In this document: one piece after another, positions 20,956 to 30,481 of the stretch
Numbering within the stretch: position 1 is the stretch's first letter
How the letters are laid out: every line of letters begins with the position of its first letter
Source: Nitrosopumilus sp.
GTDB lineage: Archaea; Thermoproteota; Nitrososphaeria; Nitrososphaerales; Nitrosopumilaceae
Length of the DNA: 64,000 nucleotides
Reading direction: 5' to 3'
Assembly: GCA_965224195.1 (NCBI GenBank)
Contig: OZ245040.1
Location: 480,001-544,000 of the forward strand
Notes under the pieces: generated by a model
What the model was told of the DNA's origin: nothing
The model's database searches: none
The model's input: only the letters and a program-made list of their open reading frames with translations
Translations under genes and position numbers: made by a program

Positions 20956-22116
20956 ATGGACTTGTACAAATCAAAGTACTCAGATGGAAGAAATTCTATA
21001 CGAGAAAATAATACATCTCGCTCTTTTAGAAATTCTGGAGACACCCGAGGTACACGAGATGAATCTACAACTGTAACTTGCTCTGATTGTGGAAATCAAT
21101 GCACAGTTCCATTTGTTCCAAGAAGTAACAAACCAGTTTACTGTAGTGATTGTTTCAGACAAAACAAACCACAGGATTCAGGAAATGATAGATATTCCAG
21201 AGACGATAGAGGTTCAAGATATTCCAGAGACGATAGAGGTTCACGATATTCAAGAGATGATAGAGGTTCAAGATATTCAAGAGATGATAGAGGTTCAAGA
21301 GATAATGATAGAGAAGATACAGAGGTAACTTGCTCTGATTGTGGAAATCAATGCACAGTTCCATTTGTTCCAAGAAGTAACAAACCAGTTTACTGTAGTG
21401 ATTGTTTCAGACAAAACAAACCACAGGATTCAGGAAATGATAGACGTTCAGGAAATGATAGATATTCAAGAGATGATAGAGGTTCAAGATATTCAAGAGA
21501 TGATAGAGGTTCAAGAGATAATGATAGAGAAGATACAGAGGTAACTTGCTCTGATTGTGGAAATCAATGCACAGTTCCATTTGTTCCAAGAACTAACAAA
21601 CCAGTCTACTGTAGTGATTGTTTCAGACAAAACAAACCACAGGATTCAAGAGATGATAGACGTTCAGGAAATGATAGATATTCCAGAGACGATAGAGGTT
21701 CAAGATCATCTTATGGACGAGAATCTAGTAGAGGTGATAATAGATCTAGAAAACCTCGAAATGATAAATTTTTGAGAAAACAAGAGAGTTTTTTTTCAGG
21801 TGGTTCAGACAAATTTTTTGAAACAATTAAAGAAAAATTATATGAAATTCTGGGTGGAAAAGTCTGTTCTAGTTGTGGTTTTAGTGATGAAAGAGCTTTA
21901 GGAATTAGTCCAATTTCTGAAAATATCACTACTGATAATTCTGGACGTGGCGGTGATGCAGCCTCATGGGGCAAATATATCTCGGCACCAGATGTTGCTA
22001 GAGCCGAACTAAAGGTATTTTGTTTAAATTGTAATCAAGTTAGAGAACCATCCACAAAACCTACAGCAGACAGTTCAAGATCAAAATCAAAAATGAGCAA
22101 ATATTTTCCTAGATAA
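20956..22116 (+). CDS. CxxC-x17-CxxC zinc-ribbon repeat protein with R/D/S low-complexity linkers
   Basis: Three CSDCGNQCTVPFVPR.NKPVYCSDCF units; RDDRGSRYS repeats; C-terminal CSSC...CLNC. Confidence 0.85.
   Translation: MDLYKSKYSDGRNSIRENNTSRSFRNSGDTRGTRDESTTVTCSDCGNQCTVPFVPRSNKPVYCSDCFRQNKPQDSGNDRYSRDDRGSRYSRDDRGSRYSRDDRGSRYSRDDRGSRDNDREDTEVTCSDCGNQCTVPFVPRSNKPVYCSDCFRQNKPQDSGNDRRSGNDRYSRDDRGSRYSRDDRGSRDNDREDTEVTCSDCGNQCTVPFVPRTNKPVYCSDCFRQNKPQDSRDDRRSGNDRYSRDDRGSRSSYGRESSRGDNRSRKPRNDKFLRKQESFFSGGSDKFFETIKEKLYEILGGKVCSSCGFSDERALGISPISENITTDNSGRGGDAASWGKYISAPDVARAELKVFCLNCNQVREPSTKPTADSSRSKSKMSKYFPR
21074..21706 (+). repeat. Nested intragenic repeats (3 zinc-ribbon units plus 27-bp tandem units)
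   Basis: GTAACTTGCTCTGATTGTGG at 21074, 21325 and 21541; AGAGATGATAGAGGTTCAAGATATTC arrays. Confidence 0.9.
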
Positions 22117-22178
22117 TTAGTAAAATCATCTTTGAGAATTTGTTAACACTTTAATTATAATTATTTTCAAATTAATCC

Positions 22179-22262
22179 ATGAATGGTGATTTCAAAGCAT
22201 TAGGGATTTCTCTAATTGTTGTTGTTGGAATTGTAACTGCATATGCTGTATTTGGTCTATAG
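22179..22262 (+). CDS. 27-aa single-TM microprotein
   Basis: MNGDFKALGISLIVVVGIVTAYAVFGL; TATA-like element upstream. Confidence 0.5.
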   Translation: MNGDFKALGISLIVVVGIVTAYAVFGL

Positions 22263-22264
22263 AA

Positions 22265-22546
22265 TCATTCTTTGACTATTTCTACAACATGTTCAATTAT
22301 TTTAGTTGAAACTAATGTATGTTCTTTGTCCAATACTGATTGTATAAAATCTGCAAAATACTCTACTGTTTCTTCATCTTTGAGTAGTATACTGTGAGCA
22401 GATTTATCTTTCAATGAAATCACCATTTCATTTTTCACAATATTTAGAATTCCTGTGATGAAAGTTTCTTTTCCATCATTTATGAAAACAAGACTGGCTA
22501 GTTTTTGTGCTTCGTATTTATCATCACAGGTAATGCTGATTTTCAT
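22265..22546 (-). CDS. Hypothetical protein coupled to trpS
   Basis: ATGA overlap with the trpS stop. Confidence 0.7.
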   Translation of the reverse strand: MKISITCDDKYEAQKLASLVFINDGKETFITGILNIVKNEMVISLKDKSAHSILLKDEETVEYFADFIQSVLDKEHTLVSTKIIEHVVEIVKE

Positions 22547-23655
22547 CTATTCTCAAAAAGAAATTGATCTATTTGATTTTTAGCTTTTTCTCTGTTTTCT
22601 TGATGGATTGCAAGAAATGCATTAATTTTCTCAATCAAGATTGCTTTTAGTTTGCCTGAAAGTAGTTTCCCTGATTTATAATCTTCATAAATTGTTTTTA
22701 ATTTATCATCATCTGGCTCAAAAAATATCCTTAGGTATTGATAGGATACATCGATATCTGGATTTCCACCCAGTTTTCTATGTTGTTCAATATCCGGTTG
22801 TCCTCCTGAAAATGCATGTTTGTTAATTTTTTTTTTTACTTCAGATGGAGAATCTGTTGTGTATATTGTACCTTTTTCATCCGATGCTGACATTTTTCCA
22901 CCAGGTCCTTCTAAACTAGGAATCATTATGTTGTGAATTAATGCAGGTTTTTGTTTTCCAATTTTTTGTGCTATATCACGTGTTAGTCTAAAATGAGGAT
23001 CTTGATCAACTCCTAATGGAATTAGCACTGGTTTATCTTCAATAAAACACGGAGCTGATTGTAATGATGTATAAAATATCATTCCAATATTTGTTTCATT
23101 TGTAAATCCAAACGTAGCTTTTGTATTTGAAAAATTAATTTTTTTTGCTACCTGGGCTGCAATTGGATATAATGTTTGAATATTTCTTGTGTTTATGATA
23201 ATTTTTGTTTTTTCTGGGTTGAAACCTAATGCAATAAAATCTAATGCATTTTCATAAGCAAATTTCTTTGTATCTTCTAAAGTAAGATTAGATTTTGAAT
23301 AAAATTTCTCATCATCGGTAAGTTGAAAATACAAATTCACATCAAATTTTTCTTGTAACCATTTTGCAAACATCCATGGTACCAAATGCCCTATGTGAGT
23401 ATGTCCTGAGGGGCCCCTTCCAGTATATAGAAAGAATTTGTTTCCTTTCTCATATTCATCAAGAATTCTATTCAGTTCTCTATGTGAGAAGAAAATGCCC
23501 CTTCTGAGCATAAAATGATCCTCGCCTGTAATTTTCTTGATTCTTTCGAGTAATTCTGAAGAAATTTTTTCAGTTCCAAATCTCTTGATTAGTTTATCAT
23601 AGTCGATATCGCCCTCAACATGCCAAGGCGTTACAGTAAAGTCATCAGCTGACAT
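22543..23655 (-). CDS. trpS: Tryptophan--tRNA ligase
   Basis: VTPW, YTGRGPS..HIGH, DQDPHFR, KMSAS. Confidence 0.97.
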   Translation of the reverse strand: MSADDFTVTPWHVEGDIDYDKLIKRFGTEKISSELLERIKKITGEDHFMLRRGIFFSHRELNRILDEYEKGNKFFLYTGRGPSGHTHIGHLVPWMFAKWLQEKFDVNLYFQLTDDEKFYSKSNLTLEDTKKFAYENALDFIALGFNPEKTKIIINTRNIQTLYPIAAQVAKKINFSNTKATFGFTNETNIGMIFYTSLQSAPCFIEDKPVLIPLGVDQDPHFRLTRDIAQKIGKQKPALIHNIMIPSLEGPGGKMSASDEKGTIYTTDSPSEVKKKINKHAFSGGQPDIEQHRKLGGNPDIDVSYQYLRIFFEPDDDKLKTIYEDYKSGKLLSGKLKAILIEKINAFLAIHQENREKAKNQIDQFLFENR

Positions 23656-23700
23656 TCATCTTGACTTAGGTTAAGGTTTAAAAAGTCTTTTTCGGATTCT

Positions 23701-25095
23701 TTGCTGTTGTCGCAAGTTTTTCATGATATTGAAAAAAAAATTATTACCTCATTAAGAGATAATCCAAAACAATCTCCTGAATCCCTGGAAAAATCAACAC
23801 AACTTTCCCCTGATCAAATTAGACGTGGAATTGAATGGCTAAAACTAAAAGATCTGGCAATTGTTTTTGAATCAAAATCAAGTGTGATGAGTTTAGGAAA
23901 AAATGGAATTGAATCATTTGAAAAAGGATTACCTGAAAGGAGATTACTAAATTTACTAAAGGATGGACCAAAAAAATTATCTGACTTGCAAAAAGAATTA
24001 GGATTTGTATTTGGACCTTCAATGGGGTTATCTAGAAAAAATAATTGGATAGAAGTCTCATCTGATGAAATTTCTATTAAGACTCCACCTTCAGATCTTC
24101 CAGGTGAAAAAACCCTCAAACTAATTGGAAATGCAAAATTATCTAAAGATAAAATTAACAGTACTGATTTATCTGGACTTTTAAGAAGACCTGATTTTAT
24201 TGTTGAGGATATTATTAAGGCAAAAGAAATTTCGTTATCTGATGCTGCAAAATCAATTAAGATTTCAGATTCAGTTGGAGGCATTGATGTTGAAGCTACA
24301 GTTCCAGATGTTTTTGTTGCAAGAACTCATCCACTAAAAGATACGATTGATGAAATTCGTGAAATTTTTGTCACACTTGGTTTTTCAGAAATTTTAGGCA
24401 ACATGACACAATCAAGCTTTTGGAATTTTGATGCTCTTTTTACTCCACAAGATCATCCGGCTAGAGAATTACAAGATACATTTTACCTTGATAAAATAAA
24501 TGCTAAAAAAATTGGAACTCCTGAACAAATTAGAAAAGTTTCTGAATCACACAAAAAGAATTGGAGATATCAATGGGACATAAACGAAGCAAGAAAAATG
24601 GTTCTTAGAACTCACACTACTTGTGTGACCATCAAACATTTAGCTGAAAACAAACCTGATGAGGCACGGATTTTCTCATTAGGACGTGTATTTAGAAATG
24701 AAAAAGTCAGTTACAAACATCTTGTGGAATTTAATCAAATTGAAGGAGTTGTCGTTGGAAAAGATGCATCTTTGAAAAATTTAATGGGAATTCAACGAGA
24801 ATTTTATAAACGAATAGGAATAACGAAGATAAAATTCTGGCCAACATTTTTCCCATATACTGAACCATCACTCCAGACTATGGTTTACAATGAAAAATTG
24901 GGAAAATGGATTGAGTTATTTGGAATGGGTATTTTTAGACCCGAAGTAACCAAACCTCTTGGAATTACACAACCTGTTTTAGCTTGGGGTGGTGGAATTG
25001 AAAGAATTGCAATGCTAAAATATGATCTAGCTGATGTAAGAGAGTTTTACAACAACGATCTTGGATGGTTAAGGAGTGCTAAAAAATGCCAGTAA
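23701..25095 (+). CDS. pheS: Phenylalanine--tRNA ligase alpha subunit
   Basis: FWNFDALFTPQDHPARELQDTF, LRTHTT, FFPYTEPS. Confidence 0.97.
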   Translation: MLLSQVFHDIEKKIITSLRDNPKQSPESLEKSTQLSPDQIRRGIEWLKLKDLAIVFESKSSVMSLGKNGIESFEKGLPERRLLNLLKDGPKKLSDLQKELGFVFGPSMGLSRKNNWIEVSSDEISIKTPPSDLPGEKTLKLIGNAKLSKDKINSTDLSGLLRRPDFIVEDIIKAKEISLSDAAKSIKISDSVGGIDVEATVPDVFVARTHPLKDTIDEIREIFVTLGFSEILGNMTQSSFWNFDALFTPQDHPARELQDTFYLDKINAKKIGTPEQIRKVSESHKKNWRYQWDINEARKMVLRTHTTCVTIKHLAENKPDEARIFSLGRVFRNEKVSYKHLVEFNQIEGVVVGKDASLKNLMGIQREFYKRIGITKIKFWPTFFPYTEPSLQTMVYNEKLGKWIELFGMGIFRPEVTKPLGITQPVLAWGGGIERIAMLKYDLADVREFYNNDLGWLRSAKKCQ

Positions 25096-26726
25096 TCGAA
25101 TTATCTTATTCTCGTCTCCAAAAATTAATTGGAAAAGTATCGAAAAAACAAATTTCTGATTCTTTACCTTTTCTTGGATTGGATATTGAATCAGAAGATA
25201 AAGATCTTGTAAGGGTTGAATACAGTCCAAATAGACCTGATTATTCAACTGATTTTGGAATTGCGCTTGGTTTGCAAGGATTACTTGGGATTAAGACTGG
25301 TCCAATAAAACTAAATGTAAAAAAATCAAACAAATATCTGATTTCTGTTAAACCTAATGTCTCAAGAATTAGGCCATTTGTAACTGGAATTATTGCAAAA
25401 AATGGTAAAATTGACGATAAAACAATCAAACAATTAATGACTATGCAAGAAGATCTGCATTTTGGAATTGGAAGAAAAAGAAAAAAATCCTCTATAGGAA
25501 TACATGATTTAGATAAAATTTCATTCCCATTAGTTTACACTACAACTAATAGAAATCACAAATTCATTCCACTAAACTCTGAAAAAGAATTGGATATATC
25601 CGAAATACTTGATACAACTGATGTTGGAAAAGATTATGGTTCTTTACTTGGACAGTCTTCCCAAGTTCCTATAATTTTAGATGAGAAACAAAATACGGTA
25701 TCATTTCCTCCAATTATCAATGCGGCTGTTACGACTGTCACTACCAAAACAAAAAATCTCTTTGTAGAGGTAACTGGTCTCAATAAAGACGATGCTGAAG
25801 ACATGTTGTCCGTAGTAGCCACTGTTTTACAAAGTGCTGGGTTTACTTTAGAATCAGTAAAAATTACAGGTGCTAAAAATTCTTCACCAAAATTAGAACA
25901 TAGAAAAATAACTGTCAATTCTTCATTGATTAACCAAATTTTAGGTTTGAATCTTCCATCTTCAAAAATCATTTCATCCTTGAAAAAATCTAGATTGGAT
26001 GCATCATCTAAAGGAACAAACATTATTTGCACAATACCTGCATATCGATTTGACATTTTTGGTCCTATGGATTTAGTAGAAGAAGTTGCTTTAGGATATG
26101 GAATTCAAAATCTTGAACCTACAATATCCCCTTCTCAAACTATCGGAAAAACAAACCCTGTTTCATTAAAACTAAAATCACTGGATCAAACTATGATTGG
26201 ACTTGGATATCTTGAAGCTTTGAATTCTAGCTTGACCAGTAAACGTGTACTATATGATATGACCAACAGAGATTCAACAAAACTTCTCTCAGTACTTGAC
26301 TCAAAAAGCAGAGAACATACTATTTTACGTGACTCTATACTTCCAGGATTATTAGAAAACCTTTCAAGAAATATTCACGAGTCTTATCCTCAAAAAATGT
26401 TTGAAACTGGAACCGTATTTGCAACTGAAAATCCAATATCTGAAAAAATTAGTTTTTCCGGAATTAGTGCTCATAAAGATGCAAATTTTACAGAAATAAA
26501 ATCAATAATTCAAACCGCATTAAACATTGGATTTGGAATTAAAGTTGAAACAAGGACTTCAACTGATTCTACATTTGAAGAAGGTCATTGTGCATCAATT
26601 ATCCTAGATAATGTGCCAATTGGTATTATTGGAAAAATTGATTCAAAGATTATTGAAAATTATAAAATTCGTGTACCTGTAGTGGGATTTGAGATTTCTT
26701 TGTCAGACTCTGTTCTTAAAAATTAA
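25086..26726 (+). CDS. pheT: Phenylalanine--tRNA ligase beta subunit
   Basis: PNRPD, IGRKRKK.SIGIHD, PAYRFDI..DLVEEVA. Confidence 0.97.
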   Translation: MPVIELSYSRLQKLIGKVSKKQISDSLPFLGLDIESEDKDLVRVEYSPNRPDYSTDFGIALGLQGLLGIKTGPIKLNVKKSNKYLISVKPNVSRIRPFVTGIIAKNGKIDDKTIKQLMTMQEDLHFGIGRKRKKSSIGIHDLDKISFPLVYTTTNRNHKFIPLNSEKELDISEILDTTDVGKDYGSLLGQSSQVPIILDEKQNTVSFPPIINAAVTTVTTKTKNLFVEVTGLNKDDAEDMLSVVATVLQSAGFTLESVKITGAKNSSPKLEHRKITVNSSLINQILGLNLPSSKIISSLKKSRLDASSKGTNIICTIPAYRFDIFGPMDLVEEVALGYGIQNLEPTISPSQTIGKTNPVSLKLKSLDQTMIGLGYLEALNSSLTSKRVLYDMTNRDSTKLLSVLDSKSREHTILRDSILPGLLENLSRNIHESYPQKMFETGTVFATENPISEKISFSGISAHKDANFTEIKSIIQTALNIGFGIKVETRTSTDSTFEEGHCASIILDNVPIGIIGKIDSKIIENYKIRVPVVGFEISLSDSVLKN

Positions 26727-26801
26727 AATAAATTTATTAAAAAATAATTTTTGATATTATTCCTTCAATGGTTTTTAGTAGGAGTGATTCTATAATTAAT
26801 C

Positions 26802-26965
26802 GCCCAAGAGCAAGCATGCAGACGGATTAGGATGAGTCGATCGTAATGATACCAGTGATTTCTAATTCACCCAGGCGTGCCACATTATGGGCAACCCCGG
26901 TTTCAGAACGCGAGGAGGCGTATGGCTATGACCAATGAGTTTGTGCGAGTCAGAACCGGGGAACA
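26802..26965 (+). ncRNA. Probable H/ACA guide RNA (two hairpins)
   Basis: GC-rich intergenic region; stems GCCCA/TGGGC and CCCCGGTT/AACCGGGG, each with an internal loop; ACA 3' of the second stem; GA-rich K-turn-like motifs. Confidence 0.5.
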
Positions 26966-27014
26966 TATCTTTTTTTAAAAACCATTAAACACCGATAAAA
27001 TATGGTAAAATGAA

Positions 27015-27434
27015 ATGGTGAATTACTGGTTAGCAAAACAAGAACCTAGTGGACCGAGAGGATATAATTTTGAACAATTCAAAAAAGAAAAAACAACAGT
27101 GTGGGATGGGGTTCATAATAATTTAGCATTAAAGCATATGCGAGAAATGAAATCCGGTGATCTAGTATTATTTTATCATACGGGAGATGAACGACAAGCC
27201 GTTGGAATTATGCAAGTTACTTCAAAACCATATTCAAATCCTAAAGAAGATGTAGAGAGATTCATTGTAGTTGATGTGAAATATAAAAAAACATTGAAAC
27301 GCCCAGTAACCCTTGACGAAATGAAAAAAGAGAAAAAATTCAAGGATTGGGAATTAATTAGAATTTCAAGGTTATCTGTAATGCCAGTACCCAAACCCAT
27401 CTGGGATAATGTTGTAAAGATGTCTCAAAACTAA
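27015..27434 (+). CDS. EVE domain protein
   Basis: YWLAKQEP, WDGVHN..A, GDLVLFYHT, RLSVMPV. Confidence 0.92.
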   Translation: MVNYWLAKQEPSGPRGYNFEQFKKEKTTVWDGVHNNLALKHMREMKSGDLVLFYHTGDERQAVGIMQVTSKPYSNPKEDVERFIVVDVKYKKTLKRPVTLDEMKKEKKFKDWELIRISRLSVMPVPKPIWDNVVKMSQN

Positions 27435-27446
27435 CAATAATTGGAA

Positions 27447-27486
27447 ATTGATATAATTATTGATATAATTATTGATATAATTATTG
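27447..27486. repeat. Tandem repeat (ATTGATATAATT) x3.3
   Basis: Directly visible. Confidence 0.9.
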
Positions 27487-27532
27487 CTGAGATTCTGTAA
27501 TATTTTTTTCTTTAATTCAAAAATAAAAACTA

Positions 27533-27615
27533 GTCAGGTTTCCGAAGTATGGTATCGAGGTTGTCTGAAAAACAACAGCTTCCTAGGCACATGGGTTCGA
27601 ATCCAATACCTGACG
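27533..27615 (+). tRNA. Atypical tRNA: GAA (Phe) anticodon with long variable arm and G73
   Basis: Acceptor GTCAGGT/ACCTGAC, anticodon arm GTTGT-CTGAAAA-ACAAC, 14-nt variable region, T arm ATGGG-TTCGAAT-CCAAT (1 mismatch). Confidence 0.75.
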
Positions 27616-27742
27616 GGTTTATTAATTATAATATGAATAATAATAAAAAGATTTATCGTTCTTGAGATTGAAATTCATATCTACATAACGTTACAGAACC
27701 TACAAAAGTATTCATTAAATACAATATGCCACAAATTATTTT

Positions 27743-30481
27743 GTGAGGCCCGAAGATAGTGCACGTCAAGAAATTGATAAAATGCTAATTGATTCAGGTT
27801 GGATAATTCAAGATCATGAGACTAGGAATCTTAGTGAATCGCTAGGTATTGCAGTAAGAGAATATCCGCTAAGTAAGGATAATGTAGATTATGCTCTTTT
27901 CATTAATTCTCAACCCGTAGGAGTAGTAGAGGCAAAAAAATATGGTCATACGTTAAGTGGCGTAGTAGAGCAATCTGAAAAATATCTAGATGGTTTGCAT
28001 GAAAAATTTACCCATTCACCAATACGACCTCCATTTTCATACGAAACCACGGGAATTGAGACAAAATTTGCAGACAGACGTGATCCTAATTTTCGCTCTC
28101 GTTATGTCTTTACATTTCACAGACCTGAATTGCTACAATCCTGGCTCAAAGAAGAGAAAACATTACGTGCAAGATTAAACAACATACCAAAATTGGATCC
28201 TGGTATACTTTGGGAGTGTCAAATTGAAGCCATCACAAATCTAGAGAATTCTCTTTCACAGAATAAACCACGTGCCTTAATTCAGATGGCAACAGGTTCT
28301 GGTAAAACATTCACTGCCGTAACTGCAATTTATCGATTAGTCAAATTTGCAAAGGCAAAAAAAATTTTATTTTTAGTTGACAGGTCAAATTTGGGCAGAC
28401 AGGCATTGCGTGAATTTCAACAGTATGAAACACCTGATGATGGGAGAAAATTTACTGACTTGTATAACGTACAACTGCTACAATCACACACAATTGATCC
28501 TGTCCCAAAAGTTGTAATCTCAACAATTCAAAGAATGTTTTCAATTCTAAAAAATGATAAAGACTATGAGGATGAAAATGATGAATTTTCATCGTTTGAA
28601 GATTTACAGGATGAAACTCCAGTTGAAGTACACTACAATGAAAATATGCCAATTGGAGAATTTGATTTTATTGTTATTGATGAATGTCATCGTTCTATTT
28701 ACAATAAATGGAAACAAGTTCTTGATTACTTTGATTCGTTTTTAATCGGATTGACTGCAACTCCGTCAAATGACACTGTAGGATTTTTCAACAACAACCA
28801 GGTAATGAGGTATACTCATGAGCGAGCAGTTGTAGATGGAGTCAATGTTGGATATCACATGTATAAAATCAAGACCAAAATAACTGATCAAGGGAGTACA
28901 GTAGATGCAGGTCAGTTTATTGAAAAACGTGACAGATTGACACGTAAACGAGAAGCAGAACTGCTTGACATTGACTTGATTTATGCTAAGAACGAACTTG
29001 ACAAATCTGTTGTGTCAAAAGACAGAATCAGATTAATAATTAAAACATTCAAGGAACGATTGCCTGAAATTTTCCCAAACAGGACCCATGTTCCAAAGAC
29101 TCTGATATTTGCAAAAGATGACTCTCATGCAGAAGACATTACAGGTATTGTACAAGAAGAGTTTGGGTTGGGAAATGAGTTTTGCAAAAAAATCACATAC
29201 AGAACCAAAGAAAAACCTGAAGATCTCATATCCAGTTTTAGGAATTCATCAATGCCTAGAATTGCAGTAACAGTTGACATGATTGCGACAGGAACTGACA
29301 TCAAGCCATTGGAATGCATTATCTTTATGCGAGATGTTAGAACTAGGAATTATTTTGATCAAATGAAAGGTCGTGGAACTAGAACAATAAAAAAAGACGA
29401 TTTGATTGCAGTGACTCCTGATGCTAAGAATAAAACACATTTTGTAATTGTTGATGCAGTAGGTTTACGAGAAGATTCAATGAGTGACACTCATTCTCTT
29501 TTACAAAAACCCAACGTATCTTTTACAAAATTATTGGACAAGGCAATTGACAAAAATGCGGATACTGGAGACATTGAAAGCTTGATTTATCGTTTATCTA
29601 GACTAGATAGAAAATTAAACCAAGAAGACAAGGATGAAATTGCAAATAATGGAAAGTCTCTTGTAGAAATAGGGAGAATTTTACTTGATGGAATTGATGC
29701 AGATAAAAGACTAGAACAAGCAAAAGAGCAGTTTGATACTGAAAAACCAACTGACGAACAGATTAGAATCGTATCAAAACAAATGATTGATGAATCTTGT
29801 AAAATTTTTGACTCATCGAAACTACGTAAAACCATACTTGATATCAAATCTAAAAATGAGCAAATTATTGATGATGTATCTATTGATGAATTATTAAAGG
29901 CAGGATTTACAGAACAAGTTAATTCCATTGATAAAAAAACAATAGAGAGATGGTCTGAATTTGTGGAGAAAAACAAGGATCAGATCACCGCACTTGACAT
30001 AATTTACTCAAAGCCTTACAGGATGAGAGAGATTACATTCTCAGATATCAAAGATTTGACAAACTCTATACGGAATCCACCATACAATCTCACATCAGAG
30101 ATGGTCTGGAACGCCTATTCTAGACTAGACAAGTCAAAGGTAAAGAAAAATCCAGCTAAAATGCTGACTGATTTGATATCTCTAGTTAGGTATTCTACAG
30201 GAAAAGAAGAATCATTATTGCCATTTTCAGATGTTGTAGATTCAAAGTTTGAAAAATGGCTGATACAGCAAGAGTCATCAGGGCGAGTATTTACAACAGA
30301 ACAAAAGGAATGGCTGCTTGAAATTAAAAAAGGAATAGCAAGTTCTGTCTCAATTGGCATTGAGGATTTGGATGAAATTCCATTTAACCAAAAGGGCGGT
30401 AGAGTAAAGTTTTATGAAATATTTGGAGATGATTATGAGAAGATTTTAGAAGAACTGCATGAGGTGTTGATTAATTCATGA
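27743..30481 (+). CDS. hsdR: Type I restriction enzyme R subunit (EcoAI/EcoEI-like)
   Basis: DY...VEAKK nuclease motif, MATGSGKT, DECHR, TGTD, QMKGRGTR. Confidence 0.95.
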   Translation: MRPEDSARQEIDKMLIDSGWIIQDHETRNLSESLGIAVREYPLSKDNVDYALFINSQPVGVVEAKKYGHTLSGVVEQSEKYLDGLHEKFTHSPIRPPFSYETTGIETKFADRRDPNFRSRYVFTFHRPELLQSWLKEEKTLRARLNNIPKLDPGILWECQIEAITNLENSLSQNKPRALIQMATGSGKTFTAVTAIYRLVKFAKAKKILFLVDRSNLGRQALREFQQYETPDDGRKFTDLYNVQLLQSHTIDPVPKVVISTIQRMFSILKNDKDYEDENDEFSSFEDLQDETPVEVHYNENMPIGEFDFIVIDECHRSIYNKWKQVLDYFDSFLIGLTATPSNDTVGFFNNNQVMRYTHERAVVDGVNVGYHMYKIKTKITDQGSTVDAGQFIEKRDRLTRKREAELLDIDLIYAKNELDKSVVSKDRIRLIIKTFKERLPEIFPNRTHVPKTLIFAKDDSHAEDITGIVQEEFGLGNEFCKKITYRTKEKPEDLISSFRNSSMPRIAVTVDMIATGTDIKPLECIIFMRDVRTRNYFDQMKGRGTRTIKKDDLIAVTPDAKNKTHFVIVDAVGLREDSMSDTHSLLQKPNVSFTKLLDKAIDKNADTGDIESLIYRLSRLDRKLNQEDKDEIANNGKSLVEIGRILLDGIDADKRLEQAKEQFDTEKPTDEQIRIVSKQMIDESCKIFDSSKLRKTILDIKSKNEQIIDDVSIDELLKAGFTEQVNSIDKKTIERWSEFVEKNKDQITALDIIYSKPYRMREITFSDIKDLTNSIRNPPYNLTSEMVWNAYSRLDKSKVKKNPAKMLTDLISLVRYSTGKEESLLPFSDVVDSKFEKWLIQQESSGRVFTTEQKEWLLEIKKGIASSVSIGIEDLDEIPFNQKGGRVKFYEIFGDDYEKILEELHEVLINS

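Noticed and set aside
21074-21706. Regular repeats as a CRISPR array
   Set aside because: In-frame coding repeats with no unique spacers; no cas genes in the window
27533-27615. Reading this gene as tRNA-Ser(TGA) or tRNA-Sec
   Set aside because: The perfect 5-bp stem fixes the 7-nt loop CTGAAAA with GAA central; the fold is 7/5, not Sec-like
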